NCBI GenBank assembly: GCA_039589315.1
Contig: JBDHHQ010000025.1
Location: forward strand, 1 to 61,003
From: Gemmatimonadota bacterium
GTDB taxonomy: Bacteria; Gemmatimonadota; Gemmatimonadetes; Longimicrobiales; Gaopeijiaceae
Length of the DNA: 61,003 bases
Reading direction: 5' to 3'
A program made the position numbers and the translations under genes. Of this stretch, positions 49,656 through 58,954 are shown piece after piece (within the stretch, counting starts at the first letter, position 1; every line of letters begins with the position of its first letter). Below the pieces are notes generated by a model, which saw nothing but the letters and a program-made list of their open reading frames with translations, did not search any database and was not told the origin of the DNA.

Positions 49656-50561
49656 ATGAAGAAAGTGGTCAAACGGGTCGGGCTGGGTCTCGCCACCATC
49701 GCCCTTCTGGTGATCTTGTGCGCCGCGGCCGTGTTCGCCATCGGCAACGCCCGCATCGCGAGGATCTTCGACAACGTCGGCCACGACCTGGCGATCCCCA
49801 CGGACTCGGGCTCCATCGCCAACGGTGACCGCTTGTCCACCGCGTACGGATGCCGGGACTGCCACGGCGAGGACCTGGGCGGCACGAAGATGATCGACGA
49901 GCCGGCCTTCGCCGTCCTGGCGGCGCCCAATCTCACGGCGGGCCCCGGCGGCATCGGCCCCGACTACGCGCCCACCGACTGGGAGCGGGCGATACGCCAT
50001 GGTGTGGCCCGGGACGGCCGAGCCTTGGTGATCATGCCGTCCGGCAGCTACAGCCACTTCTCCGACCGGGACATCGGTGAGATCGTCGCCTACCTGCGGC
50101 AGGCGGCTCCCGTGGCCCGGAGCTTCGACCCGCCCCGCATGGGGGCCATGTCCCGGGTGGCGGCAGCCATGGCCGGAGGCGACCTGGTTCCCGCCATCGC
50201 CATCCAGCACGACGCGGCCCATCCGGAACCTGTGGAGCGCGCGGCCTCGGCCGAGTTCGGCGCATACCTGGCCCAGGGCTGCAAAGGCTGCCATGGGGAG
50301 GACTTCTCCGGCAATCCCCCCGCCATGGGCGACGACGTGGCCGCGGCCAACCTGACCCCCCACCCAGACACGGGGTTGGGCGGATGGAGCTTCGAGGACT
50401 TCGAGCGCGTCCTCCGCACCGGCACGCGGCCCGACGGGACTCGGCTCAGCGATGCCATGCCGGTCGCGGCGTTGAGCGCGCTTACCGAGGACGAGATCAG
50501 TGCCCTGTGGATGTACCTGCAGAGCCTTCCGGCCGTGGAAGCGAATCGACGATCGGAATAG
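49656..50561 (+). CDS. Membrane-anchored diheme cytochrome c
   Basis: N-terminal TM; CRDCH and CKGCH; APNLT/AANLT; MP axial Met motifs; GGAG RBS. Confidence 0.92.
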   Translation: MKKVVKRVGLGLATIALLVILCAAAVFAIGNARIARIFDNVGHDLAIPTDSGSIANGDRLSTAYGCRDCHGEDLGGTKMIDEPAFAVLAAPNLTAGPGGIGPDYAPTDWERAIRHGVARDGRALVIMPSGSYSHFSDRDIGEIVAYLRQAAPVARSFDPPRMGAMSRVAAAMAGGDLVPAIAIQHDAAHPEPVERAASAEFGAYLAQGCKGCHGEDFSGNPPAMGDDVAAANLTPHPDTGLGGWSFEDFERVLRTGTRPDGTRLSDAMPVAALSALTEDEISALWMYLQSLPAVEANRRSE

Positions 50562-50570
50562 GCGCCGTCC

Positions 50571-51929
50571 TCAGTGCCCGAAACCGGCGGCGATCTCGCT
50601 CAATCGAGCCTGGATGTCGGCCTCCGAGTGCCACGCTCCCCTTACCATCACCCCGGCGCGATCCGCCAGATTGCCCACGTCGTCCAGGGGATTGGCGTTG
50701 AGCAGCAGGAGATCGGCGCGCCGGCCGACGGCCACCGTGCCGAACGCATCCTGCCGACGGAAGTACTCGCCGACGTTCCTCGTGCCGCTCACGAGGATCT
50801 CCCAATTGCCCATGCCCGCGGCCGCCATGGCCTCGATCTCCCTGTGCAGGGAGAAGCCGGGCACGCTGAAGATCTGGGGTGAATCGGTTCCCATCAGAAT
50901 CGTCGCGCCGCCGTCGCTCAGGGCCTTGAGCACCCTCTGGCGGTTGGTGAACCACGTCTCGGCGCGCTCGGCGTTCTGCCTGCGGTCCGCGGCCCGGTCG
51001 GCCTGGCGCTGACGCCAGTTCTCCGTGCCCTGGTCCGGCCAGTAGCGCAGCTCGGGCATCGCCATCAGGTCCTCGGTCTCGCCCATGCCGATGATGCCCA
51101 CGTCCCAGAGCACCATGGTCGGCACGACCGCGGCGCCCGCCTCACGGGTCAGGCGGACGATCTCGTCGAGCTGACCCTGCTCGATGGGCTTGTCGAAAGC
51201 GTCGAGGTACTCGATGTAACCGTCCAGGTGGTCGAACGTCTCCTGTCCCATCTCGATGGCGTGCCGAAGACCCACGTCCGCGGGCACGTGCCCACCGAAG
51301 CGGAGGCCCACTTCGTGGGCGGCGTTGGCCATGGCGTCGTACTCCGCCACGGTCAGCCCAGGATGGATCTTGAGGAGGTCCCACCCCTCCTCCCTCTGCT
51401 GGCGTACCTTGGCCTCGGCTTGCTCCGGCGAATTCACCGAGTTCCCGTTGAAGCTCGGTCCGGCCATGTAGAGCGTAGGCGCCACGATCAGGCCGCTGTT
51501 TGCCCGGTCTCGCAGGGCGAGGTGCTGGTCTTGGCCCAACATCCCGCGGACCGTGGTGATCCCGTTGGCCACGTAGAGGAACATGACGATCTCCTCCAGC
51601 TCGCCCCCGGGCATGTGGCCGTGCATCTCGGCCAGGCCCGGCATGAGGTACCTGCCGGAGCCGTCGATCACCGTGGCCCCGCTGGGCACCTTCACCTGGG
51701 CCTCGGGCCCCACGGACACGATGCGGTCGCCGCGCACCACCACCGTGTGATCGGTCAGCGAGCGCTCGCTGTCCATGGGAAGGACCGTCACGTTCGTGAA
51801 GGCGGTGATCCCGTCGGCCATCGCCTCAGCCGAGCCGGGGCTCGAGCCCCCGTCGCCCGGCAGCGCCGCGAGACCCAGCGCCGCCGTCGCGAACAGCCCT
51901 GCTGCCAGCACCCGTCCTTTCCTGATCAT
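50571..51929 (-). CDS. Secreted amidohydrolase family protein
   Basis: Signal peptide; MPGLAEMHGH, GITTVR, LKIH, GHVP, DHLD, GTDS, GRRADL. Confidence 0.92.
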   Translation of the reverse strand: MIRKGRVLAAGLFATAALGLAALPGDGGSSPGSAEAMADGITAFTNVTVLPMDSERSLTDHTVVVRGDRIVSVGPEAQVKVPSGATVIDGSGRYLMPGLAEMHGHMPGGELEEIVMFLYVANGITTVRGMLGQDQHLALRDRANSGLIVAPTLYMAGPSFNGNSVNSPEQAEAKVRQQREEGWDLLKIHPGLTVAEYDAMANAAHEVGLRFGGHVPADVGLRHAIEMGQETFDHLDGYIEYLDAFDKPIEQGQLDEIVRLTREAGAAVVPTMVLWDVGIIGMGETEDLMAMPELRYWPDQGTENWRQRQADRAADRRQNAERAETWFTNRQRVLKALSDGGATILMGTDSPQIFSVPGFSLHREIEAMAAAGMGNWEILVSGTRNVGEYFRRQDAFGTVAVGRRADLLLLNANPLDDVGNLADRAGVMVRGAWHSEADIQARLSEIAAGFGH

Positions 51930-52274
51930 CTCCCCACTCCTTCGTACAGACCCTCGATCGCCGGCGCCTCCGGCGAGCCCGGCCGCTCTCCTCATGGCAC
52001 GGCCGGGCTGCACGCGGAAGAACTGGTACGCCACGGCCGCGCGTGACACAAGCGGATGCGAGGGTGTGCCGGCGAACGCAGGTCCGAGCCTGAAGCTCGG
52101 GGCGGCCTCCGCCCCACCGTCGCCATCCCGCGGTCGCCGACCCGCGACATGCTCCAGGGCACCAGGGAGGCTGTCCCGCACGCCCGCCACCTCCTATTCT
52201 GCAGGCGTGGGTTGCAGACGGGCCGGCCGCCCTCCGCGGCCCCCGCGCCAGGGCCAACCTCGAAGACCCGCATC

Positions 52275-53279
52275 ATGACCAGACCCGTCACTCTCTTCAC
52301 CGGCCAGTGGGCCGACTTGCCCCTGGCGGACCTGGCCGAGAAGGCGGCCGGCTGGGGGTACGACGGCCTCGAGCTCGCCTGCTGGGGAGATCATTTCGAC
52401 GTGCAGCGGGCGCTGACCGAGGACGGGTACGCCCAGGGCCGGAAGGACCTCTTGGCCGGTCACGGCCTCCAGGTCTTCGCCATCAGCAACCACCTGGTGG
52501 GCCAAGCCGTGTGCGACCGGGTCGACGCCCGGCACGAGGAGATTCTCCCGGCCCGCGTATGGGGCGACGGAGATCCCGACGGCGTGAGCGCCCGGGCGGC
52601 CGACGAGATGGGAGACACGGCCCGGGCCGCGCGTGTTCTCGGCGTCGACGTCGTGAACGGCTTCACGGGCAGCATCATCTGGCCGCTCCTCTACACCTTC
52701 CCTCCCCTCGCCCCCGGGAGCGTCGACGCAGGCTTCCAGGACTTCGCCGAACGGTGGGGTCCGATCCTGGACGTCTTCGACGAGGTCGGCGTGCGGTTCG
52801 CGCTGGAGGTGCATCCCACCGAGATCGCATTCGACACGGCCACGGCCGACCGGGCCCTGGCGGCGGTGGGCTACCGAGAGGCTCTCGGCTTCAACTACGA
52901 CCCCAGCCACCTGGCGTACCAGGGAGTCGATTACGTGGGGTTCATCCGGGAGTTCGGGCACCGCATCTACCACGTGCACATGAAGGACGTGTGGTGGAGC
53001 GAGACGCCCACCCGAGCCGGAACGTTCGGCGGGCACCTGGACTTCGGTCACGCCGACCGGGCCTGGGACTTCCGCTCCATCGGCCGGGGCCGCGTGGCCT
53101 TCGAGGAGATCGTCCGAGAGCTCAACCGCGTCGGCTACGCCGGTCCCCTCTCGATCGAGTGGGAGGACAGCGGGATGGACCGGGAGCACGGAGCCAGAGA
53201 GGCGCGCGAACGGGTGAGCGCCCTGGACTTTCCGCCGTCGGATTCGGCGTTCGACGCGGCGTTCGGGGAGGGGGCCTGA
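52275..53279 (+). CDS. Sugar phosphate isomerase/epimerase (IolE-like TIM barrel)
   Basis: [39 protein letters not shown]. Confidence 0.92.
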   Translation: MTRPVTLFTGQWADLPLADLAEKAAGWGYDGLELACWGDHFDVQRALTEDGYAQGRKDLLAGHGLQVFAISNHLVGQAVCDRVDARHEEILPARVWGDGDPDGVSARAADEMGDTARAARVLGVDVVNGFTGSIIWPLLYTFPPLAPGSVDAGFQDFAERWGPILDVFDEVGVRFALEVHPTEIAFDTATADRALAAVGYREALGFNYDPSHLAYQGVDYVGFIREFGHRIYHVHMKDVWWSETPTRAGTFGGHLDFGHADRAWDFRSIGRGRVAFEEIVRELNRVGYAGPLSIEWEDSGMDREHGAREARERVSALDFPPSDSAFDAAFGEGA

Positions 53280-53407
53280 CCGCGCCGGGCCCAGCCGAGG
53301 TTTCGGCGGGATGCTGCGTCAGCCAGGTGCTCTCACGTGCGGGCGGTCCGATGGTGCAATGGGCTCCCCGTTGTGCTCATGGCGGTGACGCATCTCGACC
53401 CGGGTCG

Positions 53408-55855
53408 TCAGTCCCCCGTGATCCTGGAGGCATTCTCCATGGCCCGGCGGGCCGCATCCACCCGGGGCTGGAGCTCGGGATCGGCGCTCTCCCACAGCGA
53501 CACGAAAAGGCCGCAGTAGTTCACGGCCTCGGCCCCATTGCCGGCTTCGGCGTGGAGCGCGCAGAGCTGCTCGTAGGCCAAGGGCAGCTGTACAAGCTGG
53601 GCAGGGAGGAACGTATCGACACTACGGGCCCGCTCTTCCCAGGCGGCGATCGCCCCTGCGCGATCCCCGCCGCCCGCGACGATGCGGGCCCGCTGGTTCA
53701 TCCAACAGTACGTGCAGTCTAGGCCGCGCCTGCCCTCGTCCAGTAGCGCCAGCGCACTCTCGTAGTCCCCCGCCCTTTCGGCCAGGAACGCGTGGACGAT
53801 GGATTGTCTGGCCTCCACCAGGTCCGGCGTGACCTCGGGCGGGGTTTCCTCGGACCAGCGACCCAGGAGCTCCCGGGTCCGCTGAACCTCTCCCGCCTCG
53901 GCCAGGAACGTCGCCAGCTGGAAGAAGGGGCGATCCAACACCGGAGCCGCTTCGAGCAACCCTCGGTCGAGCGCCGCGTTCACCACGGCCAACGCGCGCT
54001 CCCGGCTCAGGGAAAGCCGCAGGTCCACGCGAGCCAGGTCAACGGCCCGGCGCAGCTCCTGGGACGGACCCAGCTCCTCGGCCTCCCTCAGCGCCTGCTC
54101 GTAGTAGCGCCGCGCGTCCGCGGCGCGCCCCCGCTGCTGGGACATCGCACCGTGCCATTGGGAGCTCCGCACCCGCTGGAAGCGACTCGCGGCCGGGTCG
54201 TCGTACAGGCTCGCCAACCGCGGGCGCGCTTCTTCCGGTCTCCCGGCGAAGGCGTCGACGATCGCGAGGGTCTCCACCGTCCAGAGGTTGTCCGGATACC
54301 GTTCCTGGAATCGCTCCGCGATGTCCTGCGCCTTGTCCAAGCGGTTCTGCCGAATGTAGTTGCCCGTCAGGTTCTGATACGCCACGTCCGGCGCACCGGG
54401 GGCAGCCACGGCCCGCTCCAGGAGCTCCGTCGCGGCCTCCCGGTCCGTGCCCAGATACATCAGCGCCAGGTTGTTCAGGGCCGTCACGTCGTCCGGGTGG
54501 GCCCTCAGCACGGCCCGGTAGGCCTGGAGCTGAGCATCCCAATCGCCGCTTACGACCTGGTGGTAGTAGGCCTCCGTGAGATACCGTTCCCGATCGGTGA
54601 GGCGCGAGCGGTGCTCGTACGCCAGACTCGCGGCATCCACCATCCGGTCCGCGTCGATACGGTTGTTGCGGAGCAGCACGGCGAGCTTCCGGTAGGCCAT
54701 GGCGAAGGTCGGATCCAGCTCCACGGCCTCTTCCAGCAGCGCGATGGCCCCCGGGTCATCGCCCTGTGTCGTGAGCTTCTCCGCCTCTGTGAGCTTCCGC
54801 AGCGCCTCGAGGGACGATGTCGTGGCGCCCTCCAGAGGCTCGCCGGCCCGGATCGTCCGTAGCGATTCGCCCGCGCGTTCCCGGATCCGTTGGGACAGCT
54901 CGTCGATGGCTCCCACCACGGCGTCGGGGTCGTCGGCCGTAACGCGGAACGCGCTCAGAGAGCGGCCGTCCTCGGTGGCCCGGATCGTGGCGGTGAGCAC
55001 ATAGCTGACGCCGGCGGGCTGGACGTCTCCCTCGATCACGGCCTTGAGGCCTTCGCGCACCGCCACCTCCCGTGCCAACTCGGCGGTGAGCGGTGCATCG
55101 GGATCCCGCTCCATGCGTCGGAGCACGTCAGCCACGTGGGCGCGCTCGGCCAGCGTGATGACGGGCGACTCCACCAGGTCGATCCGCAGCGTCGACGTCA
55201 CCAGCTCGCCCATGACCGGATCGTTCGTCCCGTTGTGGAACTCCGCCAGGACGATCGGCTCCTCGACCTCGATGACGCCCTGGGCCACCAGCGAGCCGAC
55301 CGGACCGATGCCAGTGCTCCACATGAACCAGTACGACACCACCAGGAAGCCCAGGGCGGCGAAGGCCAGGACGCCGCCGGCGATCGCATTCCGCCACGTG
55401 AACAGGTGGGCGAACCTGGACGGTCGGGTGCTGGGCAAGTCCAGAGATCCGGTGCCCTGGACGAGTCCGGGTCCCTGGCCCTGCCCGCCCGGTGGGCTCG
55501 CGCCCGCCGGGACGGCGTGGGCACCGGGGTGTGCCCCGGAGGGGTCCCGATGCGGTGCGGGACTCGAGGGGTCCGCTGGCCCAAGAGCCGCACCGCCGTG
55601 AAGAGGCGGAGTGGGTCCGACCTGGTCCGGTCCTCGTCCCATGCCCTCCTGTACGAAGGCGGTGGCCAGGACGATGGGAAGGCCGATCACCAGGAGGACC
55701 AGGGCGCCTGGCGGCACCCAATCCGGCAGCCCGAAGTTCGAGACCAGAACGTCCACGATTTGAAGCGCGATCCACGAGACGGCCAGGTAGATACCCAGAA
55801 CCTGCCAGAGCGATCGGCGGTGCGCTTCGTGGATGAGTTGCTTGAAGGTGCTCAA
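53408..55855 (-). CDS. Membrane-anchored TolB-like/TPR protein
   Basis: EAHRRSLWQV...LQIVD...LPDW hairpin; VLAEF.N, TTSSLEAL, TPRs. TTG start with GGAG upstream; ATG 55912 is the alternative. Confidence 0.85.
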   Translation of the reverse strand: MSTFKQLIHEAHRRSLWQVLGIYLAVSWIALQIVDVLVSNFGLPDWVPPGALVLLVIGLPIVLATAFVQEGMGRGPDQVGPTPPLHGGAALGPADPSSPAPHRDPSGAHPGAHAVPAGASPPGGQGQGPGLVQGTGSLDLPSTRPSRFAHLFTWRNAIAGGVLAFAALGFLVVSYWFMWSTGIGPVGSLVAQGVIEVEEPIVLAEFHNGTNDPVMGELVTSTLRIDLVESPVITLAERAHVADVLRRMERDPDAPLTAELAREVAVREGLKAVIEGDVQPAGVSYVLTATIRATEDGRSLSAFRVTADDPDAVVGAIDELSQRIRERAGESLRTIRAGEPLEGATTSSLEALRKLTEAEKLTTQGDDPGAIALLEEAVELDPTFAMAYRKLAVLLRNNRIDADRMVDAASLAYEHRSRLTDRERYLTEAYYHQVVSGDWDAQLQAYRAVLRAHPDDVTALNNLALMYLGTDREAATELLERAVAAPGAPDVAYQNLTGNYIRQNRLDKAQDIAERFQERYPDNLWTVETLAIVDAFAGRPEEARPRLASLYDDPAASRFQRVRSSQWHGAMSQQRGRAADARRYYEQALREAEELGPSQELRRAVDLARVDLRLSLSRERALAVVNAALDRGLLEAAPVLDRPFFQLATFLAEAGEVQRTRELLGRWSEETPPEVTPDLVEARQSIVHAFLAERAGDYESALALLDEGRRGLDCTYCWMNQRARIVAGGGDRAGAIAAWEERARSVDTFLPAQLVQLPLAYEQLCALHAEAGNGAEAVNYCGLFVSLWESADPELQPRVDAARRAMENASRITGD

Positions 55856-56143
55856 GGGGCGGGCTCCGGCTCTTCGGGAGAGCGTCCGTGCGAAACGGCT
55901 CCAAGATGCCATTCGGACCGAAGTTGGAGCAAGCACGCAGAAGCCGGACCCGCGGGCGAGCGGCGCCCGGCGACCAGGCTGCTGGTCTCGATGGCACCGG
56001 CCGAGCGGCGCGGCGAGCGTTCGGGCAGGACGCCGAACCACGAACGGCTTGCGGCCACCTCGCCCACCGGCTCAGGTTGCGGCCAGTCGTGAGCGATTCG
56101 GCCACGCACGCCGGAGTGGCTAGAAACCCGCAAGAGGCTCCGC

Positions 56144-56884
56144 ATGAAACGACGTGAAGCTCTCAAGGTCCTGGGCGCCGCGACGGCCCTGCCGGTGCTC
56201 GGTCAGATCACCGCCGAGGAGCTGGCCGCACTGGGCACGCTGCTCCGCAGCTCACAGGCTACCCGGCCGGTGACCGGCCAGCTGACCTACCTGAACGCCC
56301 ACCAGAACGCCACGGTCACCGCGATCGCGGAGCTCATCCTTCCCCGGACGGACACCCCGGGAGCCGCCGACGCGGGCGTGAACGAGTTCATCGACCTCAT
56401 CGTGGGAAGCTGGTATTCAGACCGGGAACGGGGCGACTTCGTAGCCGGCTTGACCGACATCGACGCTCGGAGTCAGGAGGCAGAGGGCCGGGACTTCGTG
56501 GACCTGGACGAAGCCGATCAGATCGTGCTGCTCACGGAGATGGAGGCGGAGTCCTTCGCCCTGAAGGAGGCCCAGGAAGCCGCAGCCGCGGAGGCTCGTG
56601 GCGAGGGCCCCTACGACTTCCCCACCGAAGACGTGCCCGATTCCCGGATGGCCGTTGCACCCGGCACCCCGCGTGCGGCCACCGAAGGGCCGCCCTGGAA
56701 CGAGCACATCTTCCAGCGCCTGAAGTACCTGACCCTCTACGGCTACTACACGTCCGAGGAGGGCGCCGAGGAGCTCCACTTCCGGATCATCCCCGGCGAG
56801 TTCAAGGGGTGCGTGCCCTATGAGGAGATCCACGGCCATTCAGGGCGGAGCGGCCAGCCTACGGGAGGGCCCGCTCATGGCTAG
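56144..56884 (+). CDS. Gluconate 2-dehydrogenase subunit 3-like (Tat carrier/small subunit)
   Basis: KRREALK Tat motif; ILPRTDTPGA..AGV.EFID; LTLYGYYTSEEG; PG.FKGC. Confidence 0.9.
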   Translation: MKRREALKVLGAATALPVLGQITAEELAALGTLLRSSQATRPVTGQLTYLNAHQNATVTAIAELILPRTDTPGAADAGVNEFIDLIVGSWYSDRERGDFVAGLTDIDARSQEAEGRDFVDLDEADQIVLLTEMEAESFALKEAQEAAAAEARGEGPYDFPTEDVPDSRMAVAPGTPRAATEGPPWNEHIFQRLKYLTLYGYYTSEEGAEELHFRIIPGEFKGCVPYEEIHGHSGRSGQPTGGPAHG

Positions 56885-58571
56885 GCGGCAGGAGGTGTAC
56901 GACGCGATCGTCGTGGGTTCCGGCATCACCGGAGGCTGGGCGGCCAAGGAGCTCTGCGAGGCCGGGCTGCGGGTCCTCATGCTCGAGGCGGGCAGGGAGA
57001 TCGTACCCAGCCGCGACTACACCGAGCACACGCCCATCTGGGAGTTCAAATACCGGGGCCGGGGCGACAAGGCCTGGACTGCGCGGAACCAGCCGGTCCA
57101 GTCCCTGGCAGGGCCGGTGAGCGAGACGACCAGCGAGTGGTTCGTCAACGACCGCGAGAACCCGTACGTCCAGGCCGACGGCAAGCCCTTCCTGTGGATT
57201 CGAGGCCGCCATCTGGGCGGCCGCTCCATCATGTGGGGGCGCCAGTCGTATCGGCTGGGCGACCTGGACTTCGAGGCGAACGCCAAGGACGGCTTCGGCG
57301 GCGACTGGCCCATCCGGTACGCGGATCTGGCCCCGTACTACGACTACGTGGAGGCGTTCGCGGGCATCAGCGGGCAGTCCGAGGGACTGTCCCATCTGCC
57401 CGATGGCCGGTTCCTTCCGCCCATGGAGCTCCGCTGCGCGGAGACGGCCGTGCGGGAGCGCGTTCTGGCCGCGTACGGGGGGTCGCGGGTGCTCACCATC
57501 GGCCGGACGGCCGTGTTGACCCAGGATCACATGGGCCGCGGAGCGTGCCACTACTGTGGCCCCTGCTCCCGGGGCTGCCGGACTCGGTCTTACTTCAGCA
57601 CGCTCAACGCGACCCTCCCCGTCGCACAGGAAACGGGTAATCTCACCCTCAGGGTCAACAGCGTCGTGGAGCGGGTCCTCTTCGACATGGACCGCCACCG
57701 CGCCTCGGGCGTCCGGGTCATCGACCGGGAGACCGGTGAGGACATGGAGTTCCACGGCCGGATCGTGTTCCTGTGCGCCAGCGCTCTCGAGTCCACCCGG
57801 CTGTTGCTGAACTCGGCCAACGCGCGCTTCCCCAATGGCCTGGCCAACGCCAGCGGCCAGTTGGGGCGGAATCTGATGGACCACAACATGGGCGCCGGAG
57901 CGCGCGGCACGTTCCGGGAGTTCAACGACCGCGGCTACTACGGCCGTCGCCCCAACGGCATCTACATGATCCGCTTCCGGAACGTGACGGATCAGCATCC
58001 CGACTTTCTGCGCGGATACGCCTATCAGGGCAGCGCGTACCGGGAGGGCTGGTCTCGAGGCATGAACGAGCAGGGCTTCGGTGCGGACCTGAAGAGCCGG
58101 CTGCACGACGCAGGGGACTGGAGAATGACGCTCTACGGCTTCGGCGCGTGTCTCCCTCGCCCCGAGAACTACGTCGAGCTGGATCCGGATGGGGCAGTGG
58201 ATGCCTGGGGCATCCCGGTGCTCAAGATCCACTGCAACTGGAGCGACAACGAGCTGGCCATGCGGAAGGACATGCAGATTCAGGCCGCCGAGATGCTCGA
58301 GGCCAGCGGCGCCACCGACATCGAGATGTTCGACGACGGCGCCCTGCCCGGCGAAGCCATCCACGAGATGGGGACTGCACGCATGAGCGCCGATCCACGA
58401 GCCGGCGTGCTGAACGGCTTCTGCCAGAGCTGGGACGTGCCCAACCTCTTCGTGCCGGACGGAGCCGCCATGGCGTCGTCGGCCAACCAGAACCCCTCGC
58501 TGACCTATATGGCTCTCACGGCCCGGGCGGCGACCCACGCGGTGGACTCCATGAAGCGAGGCGAGCTCTGA
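56877..58571 (+). CDS. GMC family FAD oxidoreductase (glucoside 3-dehydrogenase-like)
   Basis: VVGSGITGG, GGRSIMWG, CHYCGPC..GC cluster, LMDH, IHEMG, NPSLT. Confidence 0.93.
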   Translation: MARRQEVYDAIVVGSGITGGWAAKELCEAGLRVLMLEAGREIVPSRDYTEHTPIWEFKYRGRGDKAWTARNQPVQSLAGPVSETTSEWFVNDRENPYVQADGKPFLWIRGRHLGGRSIMWGRQSYRLGDLDFEANAKDGFGGDWPIRYADLAPYYDYVEAFAGISGQSEGLSHLPDGRFLPPMELRCAETAVRERVLAAYGGSRVLTIGRTAVLTQDHMGRGACHYCGPCSRGCRTRSYFSTLNATLPVAQETGNLTLRVNSVVERVLFDMDRHRASGVRVIDRETGEDMEFHGRIVFLCASALESTRLLLNSANARFPNGLANASGQLGRNLMDHNMGAGARGTFREFNDRGYYGRRPNGIYMIRFRNVTDQHPDFLRGYAYQGSAYREGWSRGMNEQGFGADLKSRLHDAGDWRMTLYGFGACLPRPENYVELDPDGAVDAWGIPVLKIHCNWSDNELAMRKDMQIQAAEMLEASGATDIEMFDDGALPGEAIHEMGTARMSADPRAGVLNGFCQSWDVPNLFVPDGAAMASSANQNPSLTYMALTARAATHAVDSMKRGEL

Positions 58572-58636
58572 CCGACCGAAGGCACCCAGGACCGGTCCCC
58601 GGGGCGGACGGGGAGATCCCGAGGCACAAGGACGCG

Positions 58637-58954
58637 GTGGATCTCACGCCCGCACAGGCCGCGGCGGCCGGCCCGCCGCAGGAAGGTCCGTCGCAGGAAG
58701 GCCCGTCCCTCACTGATGCACAGCTGGATCAGTACGTCCTGCTCCGGCTCCAGTCCCTGGGTGTCGACCTCTCCGTTCTTCCCGAAGACGACCCGGACGC
58801 CCCCGCCGATCAGCATCGCATCCTCCGCTCGGCGCGTCGCTTCCTGCGAAGCACGCCGCCCGACATCCTGGCCTTCGAGATGGACCCGCAGGCGGTGGCA
58901 CCCGCCATGTACCCCGCCGAGACCGCGAGGCGCACACGCCGGGGCGAGCCTTGA
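58637..58954 (+). CDS. Small hypothetical protein coupled to the amidase
   Basis: AAGGA then GTG; 105 aa filling the intergenic gap; stop overlaps the amidase TTG. Confidence 0.5.
   Translation: MDLTPAQAAAAGPPQEGPSQEGPSLTDAQLDQYVLLRLQSLGVDLSVLPEDDPDAPADQHRILRSARRFLRSTPPDILAFEMDPQAVAPAMYPAETARRTRRGEP
58676..58707 (+). repeat. Short in-frame tandem duplication (QEGPS x2)
   Basis: cgcaggaaggtccgt followed by cgcaggaaggcccgt. Confidence 0.6.
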
